Below are positions 38,557 through 51,044 of a DNA stretch of 64,000 nt, one piece after another. Both the position numbers and the translations under genes were made by a program. The notes beneath the pieces were generated by a model, which saw only the letters and a program-made list of their open reading frames with translations, had not been told where the DNA came from and made no database searches. The DNA lies in NCBI GenBank assembly GCA_965285935.1, contig OZ260665.1, positions 5,394,001 to 5,458,000 on the forward strand. Direction: 5' to 3'. Within the stretch, counting starts at the first letter, position 1, and each line of letters begins with the position of its first letter. The DNA comes from Ophelia neglecta. Lineage: Eukaryota.

Positions 38557-40592
38557 TTAGCTGGGTATAGTAGTCAGGGCACATACCCTAAACTGACAAG
38601 GAACCTGAATCTCGTATCTTTTATAATATTATCAATCGTACATTCGTTAATAAAACAGATGAATCGGAAGTAGCTCTGCTCAATATATCAGGTATTTATT
38701 CATTTAACTTATCAAAATTGGTGTCAGGTCTGTAAATAACTCCAATGATAGCGCCACTCTGAGTATGAACACTTTCTTTTCTCAGTTCAATGAAACAACC
38801 TTCAGTTGTGTGGAAGCCATTGGAAGTTACCAGTTTGCCCGTATTCGGGGCTGCAACTTCTTGTCGGTTTGCTTATCCATGTGTCGGTTTTGTACATCAG
38901 ATAATTCTTAAACTTTGCTATTGGGGATGTCATTAGGGTCTCTCAGGTGTAAAATGGTGGATAAATCTAACATAATGTCTGAAGTATTTTTTTAATTATC
39001 CATATGTAAATATATTTAGGTTTAAATGAGCAGCAAGAAGTGTGATCGATACGGAAGACATCTTTGTACAGGACAGGGACAAGTACATTCGAAATAAGAC
39101 ACAAAACCAACTCCTGTTTATGCAGAAATAATAAGTTTATTCATTTATTTATAAAACTAGTAAATCTAGGTATTCATAGAGGCGAATGTTAACGCCACAT
39201 GGACCACACAGTCTATAGAACAGTCCATAGTAGAGTCTTGGCTATGACACCGGTCTATTAGGTTAAACCGTGTGGTATTAGGAAAATACGGAACGGCAGT
39301 GGCAGTCTAGACCATACATAAGAAAACATCTTGTCCCGTTGTGTAACAATATTAAAAGCCGGTTATTGATTTAAAAAGGGGAGGTGCGAGAGGGTATGCG
39401 GAGGCATTTCTGAATGGCATGGAAGAAAACAATCGTCATCAAGGCTGGAGCTAGTCTTTGGGTTAATTTTAGGGTACGGGAAAGGGTTGGGGCAGGGTAA
39501 TATGGTTGTAGTGTACTGTCATAATCTCGCTTTTAATCAAAAGTCTCTTAGTGTATAAAGCATATTGTATATGGAATTGTACTAAATGATCAAGCCATAC
39601 CTCTGATATGCGCAGAGGTACTTGTATCAGGATGGATATACGAAAAACACAAAGCAAAATAATTTTAAATATAATATATTTTAGGGTGGGGGTGGTCGTG
39701 AATGATATCCGGTGACCTAAGACGTAGATTTGTCCAAGTACGTGAAATATTAGAGGGAAACTATGGGAGATTTGTTTTTAGGACCTCCCTAGGAAGGTGT
39801 CACAAATTTGTGACAGCCCCCTCCCCTCTTATGGTAAATGCTAGTGCCATCAGCCGAGATACGGAAAATCGCGTTTCAGTCTTGGATAATTTGGAAGGTA
39901 AGAAAATTAGGCGGCCATCATCCCCGCAGCCACGGTCATATGTCTCCGTCTATCTCTGCGAAATTTAGAGGGCATGCATGCTTTGTCCTGGGATGTGATA
40001 AGTAACCATGCCTATCGTAAATTTTACGTTTCCATTTAACTATTTAATTTGTGATTTAAAAGGATTTTACAAAGCCTCTAATTTTAAAGATGATAGTAAA
40101 ATTCATAACATCCTGTTTTGGATGACCTTTTTGGTTCGGATGACTTTTTTGGTTCGTGAGGAAATGAGAAAGCTCGGAAGGATGATAAACGCCATTTTCC
40201 GAATAGTGTCAGCCGTAATTAATATCTGCATTCATTTAACACATCACTTGACAACCAGCTGTATGCCAAAAGAAAAACAAATTGAGGTCATTGTCTTAAT
40301 TGACCTACATTCAGTTTTCTTAAGAAATATATTCCGGCTGAACTATCGAGATTTTTCTTGAACTTTTTAATATTTTTGGTCTAAGTTGGATTGCTTTGCA
40401 TTATAAATGATAATTTTACTGTGTATTGCAAGAAATATAAGTTTATAATTGTCAAACTAAAAAAGAATGTTCCTCGGATGACTTTTATAGTTTTCGGGAG
40501 GAAATTAGAAAAGCTTGGGAGGAAATGAAAAACTTCTGTCCCTTAATATTATCACCTGGATTTAACGCCAACATAAATTAAATAAATTACGT

Positions 40593-40887
40593 GGGCCAAG
40601 TTTCTGGAAGCGGTCTTAACTATAATCTCGAATTAAATCACGATTAAAAATCTAATCAGTCCTTACTTGCTAATCTGGGCCAAGTTTCTGGAAGTGTTTG
40701 GATTAGATTAGCCTATTACCGATTGGCTGAGGCTGCGTTGATCGGTGTTTCCATTGACCAGGATTAGGTTTAAGACCAAAATGGCTAGGTTTAATACCAA
40801 ATCCAGCTTCCAGAAACCCCGATTAAGCACTTTAATCCTGATTTTAATCCAAGTTAAGACTTAACCCCGCTTCCGGAAACCGGGCCC
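40593..40887. mobile_element. PIF/Harbinger-like MITE; a related fragment lies at 53370-53570
   Basis: Termini gggccaagtttctggaagcgg and ccgcttccggaaaccgggccc. The internal taagaccaa..tggctaggtttaataccaaa is shared in reverse with 53455-53505. Confidence 0.65.
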
Positions 40888-41606
40888 TGGGGTTCTGGTA
40901 GCAGGGCTTGGTCTTAAACCTAGCCATTTTGGTCTTTAACTTAATTTTCCCAGAATCAATATCTAATCCGTGGCATATGTCAATTGCCTCCAATCGACAC
41001 TTCTGACACAACCCTTATCTTTTCATAGCAAGCCAATATACAACTTGACATAATCTAGTCCTCAAACAATTTACTATGTAGTACAACCTGGCGTTATCCA
41101 ATCACAGCCACATACTACTGTCTGGTACTACTGTCTGGTAAACTTAGATCCTTGGTGGGCTTACCTTTACCATTAAACAGCTGTGGATATGGACATATTT
41201 GCTTGAAAAAGAAAATCAAACATAACTCCTGATCTGACAAAACCATATTTGTTGGGACAATCACAATAGCGACCTTTATTATATAAAATTATTTATAAAA
41301 ATAATGATACATCTTTTGACAAAACTTTCTCGGCTATCACAATTGGTTCAACCTTCTTGTTTAGTATTTGATAATCTAGTTTTATTGGTAATAACATAGT
41401 TTTAAGCATTGTGTTGGAAGGTCTAGTACTATTCATAGACATCGTTCCGTGGCTGCATTAATTTGTAATTTTGTCTTTAATAAATGACCTAATACCGACG
41501 TATTGCTGCTCTGACATTCAAACGCCTGACAAAGCATAACGGTTTTATGTCTATCATTGTTAGAAAAGCTTCACTTTCTATTTCTATCATGTGTTTTTAT
41601 GTAGTT

Positions 41607-42848
41607 TTATTCCAGCTTCACATATCCATCATTTCCAACCATTTCTGTGGAGCCTTCCACTTCCGTAGGTTTAGAGCGCCACCACTCGAGAAAGGGTCTC
41701 ATAATATTTCCCAGAACGAGCAATGATATGCCCACGAATTCCATCCAGTTCCGATGCCCTGGCTGGATGTGGTTAAGTATTGTATACTGCAGTATACCCT
41801 GCACTACTAACTGCAGACTTAGAATCAAAGACGCTGCAAACACCGATATGCGTTGTAAGGAGTAGTTGAAAGGTATGGATGCTAAACCTAAACACAGGCT
41901 GTGAGCAGAAAGAAGTCCCCAACATCCGGCATTGGACGGGAGAATTGGGAACTCTAGGACAAACATTAGGACCATTGAAACACCCGTAGAAAACACTCCC
42001 GTCCAAAACGAAATCACAGTGTAATTTATTTCGGTTAGACGAACATTAACTGTTACGTCGCAAATAAAACGAAATACGCTAAAGACAACTATTAGGATAT
42101 ATCCTCGAGTTACACCGGAAAGTCCTGTATCGTGGTGTTCAGTCCTATCTAACATCGGTTTATCCTTCCACTTAACACTGATGTCCATTGTAACATTACT
42201 AGAGGGTTCATTATCGCCATTGTGGTCAACACATATTGGGTTGTGAGTCTCAGAGAATTCCAAGTTTGAGTAATTCAGACTATGGTTTTGTGCTATACTC
42301 GGCTGCGTCGAAAGTTCTAGACTAATGTTGCCTAAGGTATATGGTGTTAATAAACTGAATTTGGATATTTGTTGCGTGCTCTTTGATGCGGGGAAGCCCA
42401 AGAAGGAGGGCTGTGTTGTCAGTAGTATCCCGGCTGTACAAATTAGTAAGGAAGTAGCGGTACTGGAATAGCAGGTTTTATATCTGACTGCCTCGAAAAC
42501 TGCGCTGTATAGCAAAACCAAGGCAAACCCTACTCCAACAACAACCGTCAGGGGGAGCAGTGGTGCAGCCGCATATAGTGCAAAGTTATTTATACATGCG
42601 GTGGCACATACCAATACCATCCAGCCTATCAGTCTTCTATCCACAGTCGGGACCTGCCGTGTTACACACAGAGCTATGGCGCTTATCAGCGATGTGGCGA
42701 TAAATCTGGCCACGTTCAGCTCCCAGTCTCCAAGGACGCCCTCTATCGCCTGAGCAGAGGCCGTGCTGGTTGAGATTAGCAGCGCCACAGCTAAGGCGGC
42801 AAGGCTCCCTTTGACAAAGTCAAGTGACTGCTCCTTGATGACACACAT
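41607..42848 (-). CDS. SLC35G-like / EamA (DMT superfamily) multi-pass membrane transporter, 413 aa, single coding exon
   Basis: About ten hydrophobic segments in two halves (QAIEG...WELNVARF; YAAAPLLPL; GILLTTQPSFLG; QLVVQGILQYT..PGHRNWMEFVG). Splice acceptor at 42889-42890 and an in-frame stop upstream of the ATG. Clear paralog of 57023-58279. Confidence 0.88.
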   Translation of the reverse strand: MCVIKEQSLDFVKGSLAALAVALLISTSTASAQAIEGVLGDWELNVARFIATSLISAIALCVTRQVPTVDRRLIGWMVLVCATACINNFALYAAAPLLPLTVVVGVGFALVLLYSAVFEAVRYKTCYSSTATSLLICTAGILLTTQPSFLGFPASKSTQQISKFSLLTPYTLGNISLELSTQPSIAQNHSLNYSNLEFSETHNPICVDHNGDNEPSSNVTMDISVKWKDKPMLDRTEHHDTGLSGVTRGYILIVVFSVFRFICDVTVNVRLTEINYTVISFWTGVFSTGVSMVLMFVLEFPILPSNAGCWGLLSAHSLCLGLASIPFNYSLQRISVFAASLILSLQLVVQGILQYTILNHIQPGHRNWMEFVGISLLVLGNIMRPFLEWWRSKPTEVEGSTEMVGNDGYVKLE

Positions 42849-44024
42849 GTCGCGGAACGTTTTCTAGAGAAGAATCTTTGGATGGAACCTGAATGGAAGT
42901 ATTCAAAGTGTAAACAGCCTGTGTCCTGCCACGCGAGCAGGTCGAATTCCTATTAGGTAGGTTAGCGACGTCTATGAGCCATTTACAGGCAACTCTAATG
43001 GAAGGGTAGGTAGGTATGTTATGTGTCAGGGTTTCACCGTTCACTAACGTTATGCCTCTCCGTGATGGCAAACTTGACAAGGCAAGTTTTATAGAACCGA
43101 GTCTTCCGATGGAACCTTAGAGAGAAAAACACTTAGTATGAGCAGGTAAGACATGCTATAGATGGAAATATATACAGGATAATATCTAATTTGTTTAGCT
43201 GTCTATAGCAGTCAGGGCACATACCCTAAACTGACAAGGAACCTGAATCTCGTATCTTTTATAATATTATCAATCATACATTCGTTAATAATACAGATGA
43301 ATCGGAAGTAGCTCTGCTCAATATATCAGATATTTATTCATTTAACTGATCAAAATTGGTGTGAGGACGTCTGTAAATGACACCAATGATAGCGTCCCTG
43401 TGAGTATGAATACTTTCTTTTCTCAGTTCAATTAAACAACCTTCAATTGTATTGTTAATAGTATCTAAATCCTGTCTACTACTGTGAAGAATATCATTTT
43501 CATATCAATAGATACACACAGTATGAATGATGTAACACTCCGCAAACATATATTACAATTATAAACATCCACATTGGATATTTGTGGAATACCTGTTCAA
43601 AATTGCATTAACATCTGGCATACAAAGAATGCAATATAAATTCAGTTGTTAAGTTAATATAAATTCACACATAAAAAACACGATATATACACACACATGA
43701 AAACCAGTAAATGGTATCACGAATAAAGACAGAACAGCGGCCGCATTACTTAATAGTAAGAATGCTTAATTTATAAGTTAATGCCCGTTATAACACACCA
43801 CGTGACACTTGAAGTTGAAGATGGCAAGGGATGGGGTCTACAAGTGAAGGTGGGGGTACCAGGGAAGAGGGAGATCAGGGGGGCGGGGGTGGGGGGTGGG
43901 GGGGCGTGGATTGTAATGCTGTTGGAGAGATGGAGAAAGCACACAGAATTTACCAAGGTATCCCGAAAATGTGTATAGGTTAATTTTACGGTTGACACAT
44001 GAGCAACAAATTCGTCTGTGTGTG

Positions 44025-44272
44025 TGTTGTATCACCATAATTGGTCTAGGTTATTATCAGGCTGACACGACAACACACTCTCCTCTGGGCAATGCTTATA
44101 CCAGCTAGAGTGTTTGTTGTAACACCATAATGGGTCTAGGTTATTATCAGGCTGACACGACAACACACTCTCCTCTGGGCAATGCTTATACCAGCTAGAG
44201 TGTTTGTTGTATCACCATAATGGGTCTAGGTTATTATATGGCTGACACGACAACACACTCTCCTCTGGGCAT
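44025..44272. repeat. 90-bp tandem repeat, about 2.8 copies
   Basis: tgttgtatcaccataatgggtctaggttattatcaggctgacacgacaacacactctcctctgggc at 44025, 44115 and 44205. Confidence 0.95.
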
Positions 44273-44673
44273 TGTTTATTATATCAAAGCTGTGTATATG
44301 TTATTGGAAGCCGCATTGGTTGATTCATTGTCGAACGGCCACTAGATATAAAACATTATTTCGCTTTAGGAAGCAAACAGGAGTAACGAGTGTTAGCAAA
44401 AAAATGAGAAAAAGCAAGTTATCTAAATTTCGAATGGATTTTAAAATGCAAATATAGGTTGGCAATAGGGTGTTGACAGGAAATTATTATTCTACTTTAA
44501 ATCATTAGGCACCGACGGGGAAAAACTATAAGGGAAGCGTATGGTGTTAGGTCCTGGGTCCTCCAATACAATCCTCTTACTATAACTCCCCACGGACAAA
44601 TGATCCATTAAACTATGGGTACTCCGCTTTGGATGCATGTGTTTTTTTGGTTAACGAGAATTAATAGTATTAC

Positions 44674-44780
44674 CTATTTTGTGGATTTCTTGAATTCTGC
44701 TTCACGATGTTGTCATCGGGACCATCAATATCTGTGTGTGCCGGCGCCGCCGCCTGTTGACTAAATATCGAGATATTGAA
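44674..44780 (-). other. Putative non-coding 5' UTR exon of the 41.6-kb transporter; paralogous copy at 51083-51190
   Basis: A conserved block ends ATAG|gtaa in both copies. Splicing to the 42888 acceptor meets an in-frame TAG before the ATG. Confidence 0.45.
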
Positions 44781-46301
44781 CCGGGCTTCATAACCATAAT
44801 ATTCCCTCTGATTGAACCCCAATGATGATATAACTTACAAGAGCACGAACAGACATTCATTTATGTCGCTGGGGCCACGGTTCAGTTCGCTTCAGCGCCT
44901 CCAACAAGAGCCAAAGGCAAGCTCCCGCTGTCGAAAGGTTGTGGTGACATGCATCATAAGTGTTATTTTTACCCGCTATTCATATAAGGGAAGGAGGGGG
45001 GGGGGGACCAGGAAAGCGGTGATCAGGGAGGGTGGTGAGTCGAAGGGAAAGGGAAATTCAGACTTGCTGATTAGTTTAAAACCAGAGATTTCTGTTTCGT
45101 TATTGATCGTATGGCCTGTTTCTGTGTGGCCAACTGATGTCTGTAAAATATATTATTTGTTTACACGGTAAAGCAATTAGAAATTCGAATAACTCAGCGC
45201 AATTATATATATGAACACCGTATAACGGAGCACTTCTGTCTTTCCTGGGTGACTTCGAAGATCGCACCTGCCAGTGATGTACGTATATACCTGCAGCTGT
45301 CCCTCGTAATAAGGCAGGTTGACCGGTACATCATTGATAAAGTATTGTTGATAGACGATGGAAATTTTGGAGGAAAGGCGGAGGGGGGGGGGGTTGGGGA
45401 ATGGGGGTGGTACAGTTGCCAGGTGGTTACTGAGTACTTAAAAATAAGCAATATCAATTTTATCATCTGATTATTAGCCATCAGTGGAAGAACCTGTGAT
45501 GTATCATACGTGGTAGGAAAGGGTTAGGAGAAAGTATCCAATTACTGTGAGGGGGAAGGGTTCAGGACATAGAACCCCATAACTATACAGTGCTATATGG
45601 TGGAAAGGGATGGGCAACAGCCAATAGGGCCAGTCGGATATGTTTCATACTGCTGACCAACAACCACTTTTCTCACCTCCAAAGCTGATTGCAATTAAAA
45701 GGCAGTGGTAAGGCTGGGATAAGTGGGGCTACTTTCAGCTGTTCATATGAGAATTTAACATGGGGATGATGTTTTAAAAGCCCTTACTTAGTTGCTTGTT
45801 GAAGTAATCAAAACAAAACTTTCAGGGATGATTAACATTTTAGAGGGCTTTCCATTCAGGTAAATTTCACATTTGTGTGATAGCTACAGGTTTCGCAATG
45901 AACATGGAACCGCTGCAAATCTGTAGTCTAGCCCCACATTCAAGTGCATACTATTGGCATGCAGTGCTGTCACCTCCTTGCTAGCAGGCTGAACTAGAAT
46001 TATTACATCATCCCCGACTGACCCTATTGCTGTTTATGCGTAGGGTAAGCGTGAAGTGTCCATTTATTTGTGCGGGTATAGGAATCTTGAGAACACTCGC
46101 CATTTGTTGAGGGGCACACATCCAATCAATAGTAAAATCCACATGAAAGTTTAACGTCGGCTTGGACGTTTTGAGGCGTATAAATTTAAAATGTATAGGT
46201 TGTATGATAGCAGGTCAAATAACCCCAGTTGTTAACTCTATATAATTTACATTATTGTATATACTTAGCGTTCAGAAAACCAATTTAATACTTAATAAAC
46301 A

Positions 46302-47434
46302 TTACAGCCCTTCTATGTCTCATTGAGAATGCCAGCACCTTTCGTTTCTCGCGGGGAATCACGTCGCGAAGTGCATGACCTTTCATTGGCTGAAAGGGGA
46401 CACACCTCCAAATGCTGGTCTCTGATTGGCGGAGACTCTGTGCTTGCACAATGTGAATGTCCGAACATGGCGATTGCAGCAACAGGAGAGACAAGTGCCA
46501 TTACCACGGTTAACGATCTGACCACTAACCATACTAAACATATTCCAGTTGTGCCGCCAGTTTTACTGCGAAACGCGGTATTATACATTGATTTGACAAA
46601 CAAGAACCGACCAAGGGGAGCACCCAACCAACAAATATTGGACTTCGCATCACTAGATGCTCTAAGGAGTTCGGTGAAAGCAGCACTCCAGTTGCGTTTA
46701 GGGCTGCCAGATGTCAATGTTCAAAGCCTGTTCTACTTTGCCCCCCCACCCCACCCCCACCCCTTCCCAACACACACACACATGTATACCATGCTAGGTA
46801 TAGGTGTAACCTGTCAACTCAGTAAACATACTTTTGATGGTCCTTGTTTTGATGTGGGGACGCCATTCATTATAGTATTGCATTACATAGACTAGTAAAG
46901 TGTATAGTACAAGCGTACAGTATAAGCTGTAAGCCTACCGGTACATTGCTTCCTGATAGCCTACATTTAAATATCTAGGTCACTCTACAGTGTGATCAGC
47001 TGATAATGGCTATTCACAGTTTCTACCCATATTACCTATGTATGTTGGATAAATACGACTGTTGAGTAAAAATCTAACGTGAATGTTCAGGAATGAGGGA
47101 TGCTATTGTCCTTATACGTCGTTATATACCAGTTGAGATCTAGTTTTCGGTAACTTTACCAGTTTACTTGGTACTAACGTTTAGTTGGTGATGGTAAATA
47201 ATCCGCCATCGTAAATCCTCGCTGAACGGCTTCATAACTGTGAGCTACGTCTGCTCGCCGGCTTCTTGTTTACAATGTGCACTAAATCAGAGAGGCACTA
47301 TTCTGACCAATCAGAGTCCAGCATTTGGAGGTGTGTCCCCTCTCAGCCAATGAAAGGTCATGCACTTCGCAACGTGATTCCCCGCTAGAAACGAAAGCTG
47401 CTGGCTTTCTCAATGAGACATGGAAGGGCTGTAA
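46302..47434. mobile_element. Non-autonomous DNA transposon with TIRs of about 128 bp
   Basis: 46302-46430 (ttacagcccttctatgtctcattgagaa...ctctgattgg) is the reverse complement of 47307-47434 with few mismatches. Confidence 0.88.
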
Positions 47435-48039
47435 ACTAACCTGTGTGACGTTAAAGAGGAGGTCAGAGACGTCACATGCCTGTAGATTCACATATATACC
47501 TGCAGTTATCCTAAGATAGGCCGCCTTTCGACCTGTACACCTTTTATCATTCATTGTTGATAGACTGGGAAGTCGACCGTGTCGAGACTGACCGGCAATA
47601 AATGTTCTAGCTACAGTATTTGTACCTGTGTACGTGGTTGGTCGTTACCGAGCGTAAACACAGAGCGATGTGATCGAAGGCCTCCTGTCTAAATCTTTGT
47701 ACACTACTACAACAAGGTGAAAAGAGGTGGGAGGGAGGAGGGGGAAGGATGGACATAATTTCTAGGTCGGAAAAGATGATCCGGGACAGGGGATTACTGT
47801 AACGGAGCGCAGGGCGTGGCGGGGATAATATGGGAGAGGGGGTGGGGAGACGGCCCCCATTGTCAACCGACGGAGAGACCTGTTTTCTCCCAGAGTAGGG
47901 CGTTCCTTATATGGAGAACACGCCTATCCCCAACCCCCGATGGTAGGTTCCACGTGCTCTTTTCTGAACCCCCATAATAATCTCTAGACCCCATAGTACG
48001 CCTGGCTGACTTTAATACAGCAGCGAAGTATGGATAACC

Positions 48040-48600
48040 CTCTTCCCTTGGACCCCCAGCCTCCTTGACCACCCCCTTCCCATGGAACCCCACCCTCCTT
48101 GACCACCCCCTTCCCTTGGACCCCCACCCTCCTTGACCAGCCCCTTCCCTTGGACCCCCAGCCTCCTTGACCACCCCCTTCCCTTGGACCCCCAGCCGCC
48201 TTGACCAACACCCTTCCCATGGAACCCCACCCTCCTTGACCACCCCCTTCCCTTGGACCCCCAGCCTCCTTGACCACCCCCTTCCCTTGGACCCCCAGCC
48301 TCCTTGACCACCCCCTTCCCTTGGACCCCCAGCCTCCTTGACCACCCCCTTCCCATGGAACCCCACCCTCCTTGACCACCCCCTTCCCTTGGACCCCCAG
48401 CCTCCTTGACCACCCCCTTCCCTTGGACCCCCAGCCTCCTTGACCACCCCCTTCCCATGGAACCCCACCCTCCTTGACCACCCCCTTCCCTTGGACCCCC
48501 AGCCTCCTTGAACCCCCCCCCCCCTCCTCTTCCCATGGAACCCCATCCTCCTTGACCGGCCCCCCCCCTCCTGTCCATGGACCCCACCCTCCTTGACCAC
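48040..48600. repeat. 34-bp C-rich minisatellite (about 16 copies, two unit variants)
   Basis: ccttggacccccagcctccttgaccacccccttc and ccatggaaccccaccctccttgaccacccccttc. Confidence 0.96.
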
Positions 48601-49058
48601 TTCTTACAACAGCCTTCCCTGCGAACACCCCTTTCCTTCCAGCCTTTTTATTTAGAATCCCCCCCCCCTTCCATCCTTATCTCTTTCTTCCCTTGGATCC
48701 CCCCCCCCACCCACCCTTTCCCCCTCCCCTCCACCTTTTCCCCCTCCCCTCCGCTCCCCTCCCCTCCCCTCCACCCTTTCCCCCTCCCTTGGATTCCCTC
48801 CCACCCACCCTTTCCCCCTCCCCTCCCCTCCCACCCACACTTTCCCCCCTCCCCTCCCCTCCACCCTTCCCCCCCATTACTACCCTCTTCACTTGGGCTC
48901 CCCTACTCTTCCCTTGACCCCCCCCCCCCCTCCTTTACCACCCTCCTCCCTTCGACACCCCCCTTCCCTTACCACCCTCTTCCTTTCCCAACAGCCCTCT
49001 CTTATCACCCTTTCCACTTGAGTCTAGACTCCGGACCACACCGCCCCCCCCCCCCCCG
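48600..49058. repeat. Polypyrimidine C-rich low-complexity tract
   Basis: Runs of ccctc/ccctt; the minus strand is dense in G-runs. Confidence 0.9.
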
Positions 49059-50869
49059 GTTATTATAGCAGCGGTACCATGGTCGATGAAGAAGTGTACC
49101 ATTCACACTATCACCAGTGTCTATACACTGAGGTTGCTTTGTGTATCTCTTTGTGACTCGTTATATAGAATTAGCCGCGGGCTGATATGTAAAAGGGGTC
49201 CATTGAGTTGTCTTCTCGCCTCACGATCTAGCATTCATCTTAATGTCCCCAGGTAAGAAGTTGCTCTGCGGGTGGCTTAATATGCTGTTGTTCATATATA
49301 CAATGTGTTAAAATGTTCATGTAGTATAGTCTATACAAAGCTGTTTTAGTATACATGTTATACGGTCCATACAAGACTGACATATTGTCACCACCCAATT
49401 GTATAGGTATATAGATATATAGGTAGTGGAGGCATGACAACGGCAGATAAATACGTTGTGTACAATGGAAGATAAATACGTGGTGTAGACATATCTATAC
49501 GCTAACAAAGATGCCAAACGGTAGATGATATTTGACCTTTGACCTATCAACCAATAACTCGGATGCCGGTTGTATTCAGTCAATGGCATGTGCCGCGTCG
49601 CCCAGCTGCGAGAGTTGTTTATACTAGTAATTATGTTGTCGTTTCAAGACTAGTGAGAGCATTGAATACAAGTTAGCGAAAGGCTTCTTAAATTTATAAA
49701 GTTTTATACAACCACAGATGGGGAAAATGAATTTATAAAGCAGGGATACAAAACAAATAAATAGATAAATAAAATCCTAGATAGACTACATAAAAGCAGA
49801 AATGTATGAAGTTTGTGTTCGACTAGAGATGCTATCAAAGATGCCAACCTTCACACGCAGACAAGTTAACCGGTGAAGACAGACGTTTACTGATGTTACG
49901 CACACTGTACTGGTTTAACCGACCAATTCACAATACAGCACATTACAATACTGGACGCTAAGATACGCTAAAATTACCGAGACGAACAAGTGACACGTAA
50001 ACATTTATCTATAATATATAACACCTAATAGAAGTATTTACAACGGTGGGCATGGGTAGTTTCAACAGATAACACATAGGATGGTAAAGCTCTTGTATCG
50101 GTCGATTCTGACAGACAAGTAGCAAGACCGCACCGGAAAGTTATATATGCGCAATCGCAACACACAACCACGTCATATGTACTGATGTTACAGCAAAGTT
50201 CGATAACACCCGGGTAGCACACGAAGTATTCGCTAAACCTACTTCGATGGTTTGTGTACTGTATTATTTGCAACGAATAGGGGTTTACAATTAACAGTTA
50301 CCTTGAACTTTTTATAGTTTTCACGGTTGTATGATTCAGCATTGAGTGCTGTCTTGTTTATTGTGTGTGTGGTGTCAGTTTACAAGAAAATGCTGCCAAC
50401 GTTTGGTAAAATGCTGCGACCTCTGCAACATTAACGAATATACCTGCCAGTCACCACTAAGTTTCCGTTAAACTAAACTCACAGAGTATTGCATTTTTGC
50501 ATGCATTATCTATTCCTTTGCCACTGCTGACATGTCATGGTGTGCTTTGAATTAAGTAAACGCGTCTTAATATCATATAAATTTGAAACAGGCATACATT
50601 AACACCCAGAGATACGCGGGCCACATATGAAGTCAGCAACAAACATCCAAATGAAATTGATCCAAACTTCGAATGGATTTTAATAATCATGTAACAATTG
50701 GTAAAATGGAGTTGACACGAACGTATTAGTTTTATTAAGGTCAATATGCGGCGCGTTGGCAGAAATATAAGAGAAACTAATTGTCATAGGTCCTGGGTCC
50801 TCGAGAACCATCTTAGAAACACTCCTCATGGATAAAGCATCATACTACTAACATTCCGTTAAGGATGTC

Positions 50870-51044
50870 CAGTAAAACCTGGCCTTAATGACGCCTCACA
50901 ATTAGGGACACACTGACTATTTATGACATTGTTTTTAGAACATTTGTAATACTTTTAATGTAAAGTAACCTGCTAAATAAGGACAAGTTAAAAGAGAACC
51001 GATTTCCCAGTCCCTTGGCTGTACCTCATTGTCAGGTTTCACTG
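50870..51044. mobile_element. Tc1/pogo-type MITE
   Basis: cagtaaaacctg...caggtttcactg|ta; absent at the paralogous site near 44635. Confidence 0.75.

Noticed and set aside
42820-43080. 86-aa ORF as a frameshifted N-terminus of the first transporter
   Set aside because: It has no ATG start and no similarity to the paralog. It is better explained as intron/UTR with duplicated acceptors.
46302-47434. RAG-like (ProtoRAG/Transib) transposon
   Set aside because: The termini do not start with the CAC heptamer-like sequence, and no RAG1 core motifs are visible.
47863-49068. Gly-rich and Pro-rich ORFs
   Set aside because: They are products of a 34-bp (non-triplet) minisatellite and a C-rich tract.
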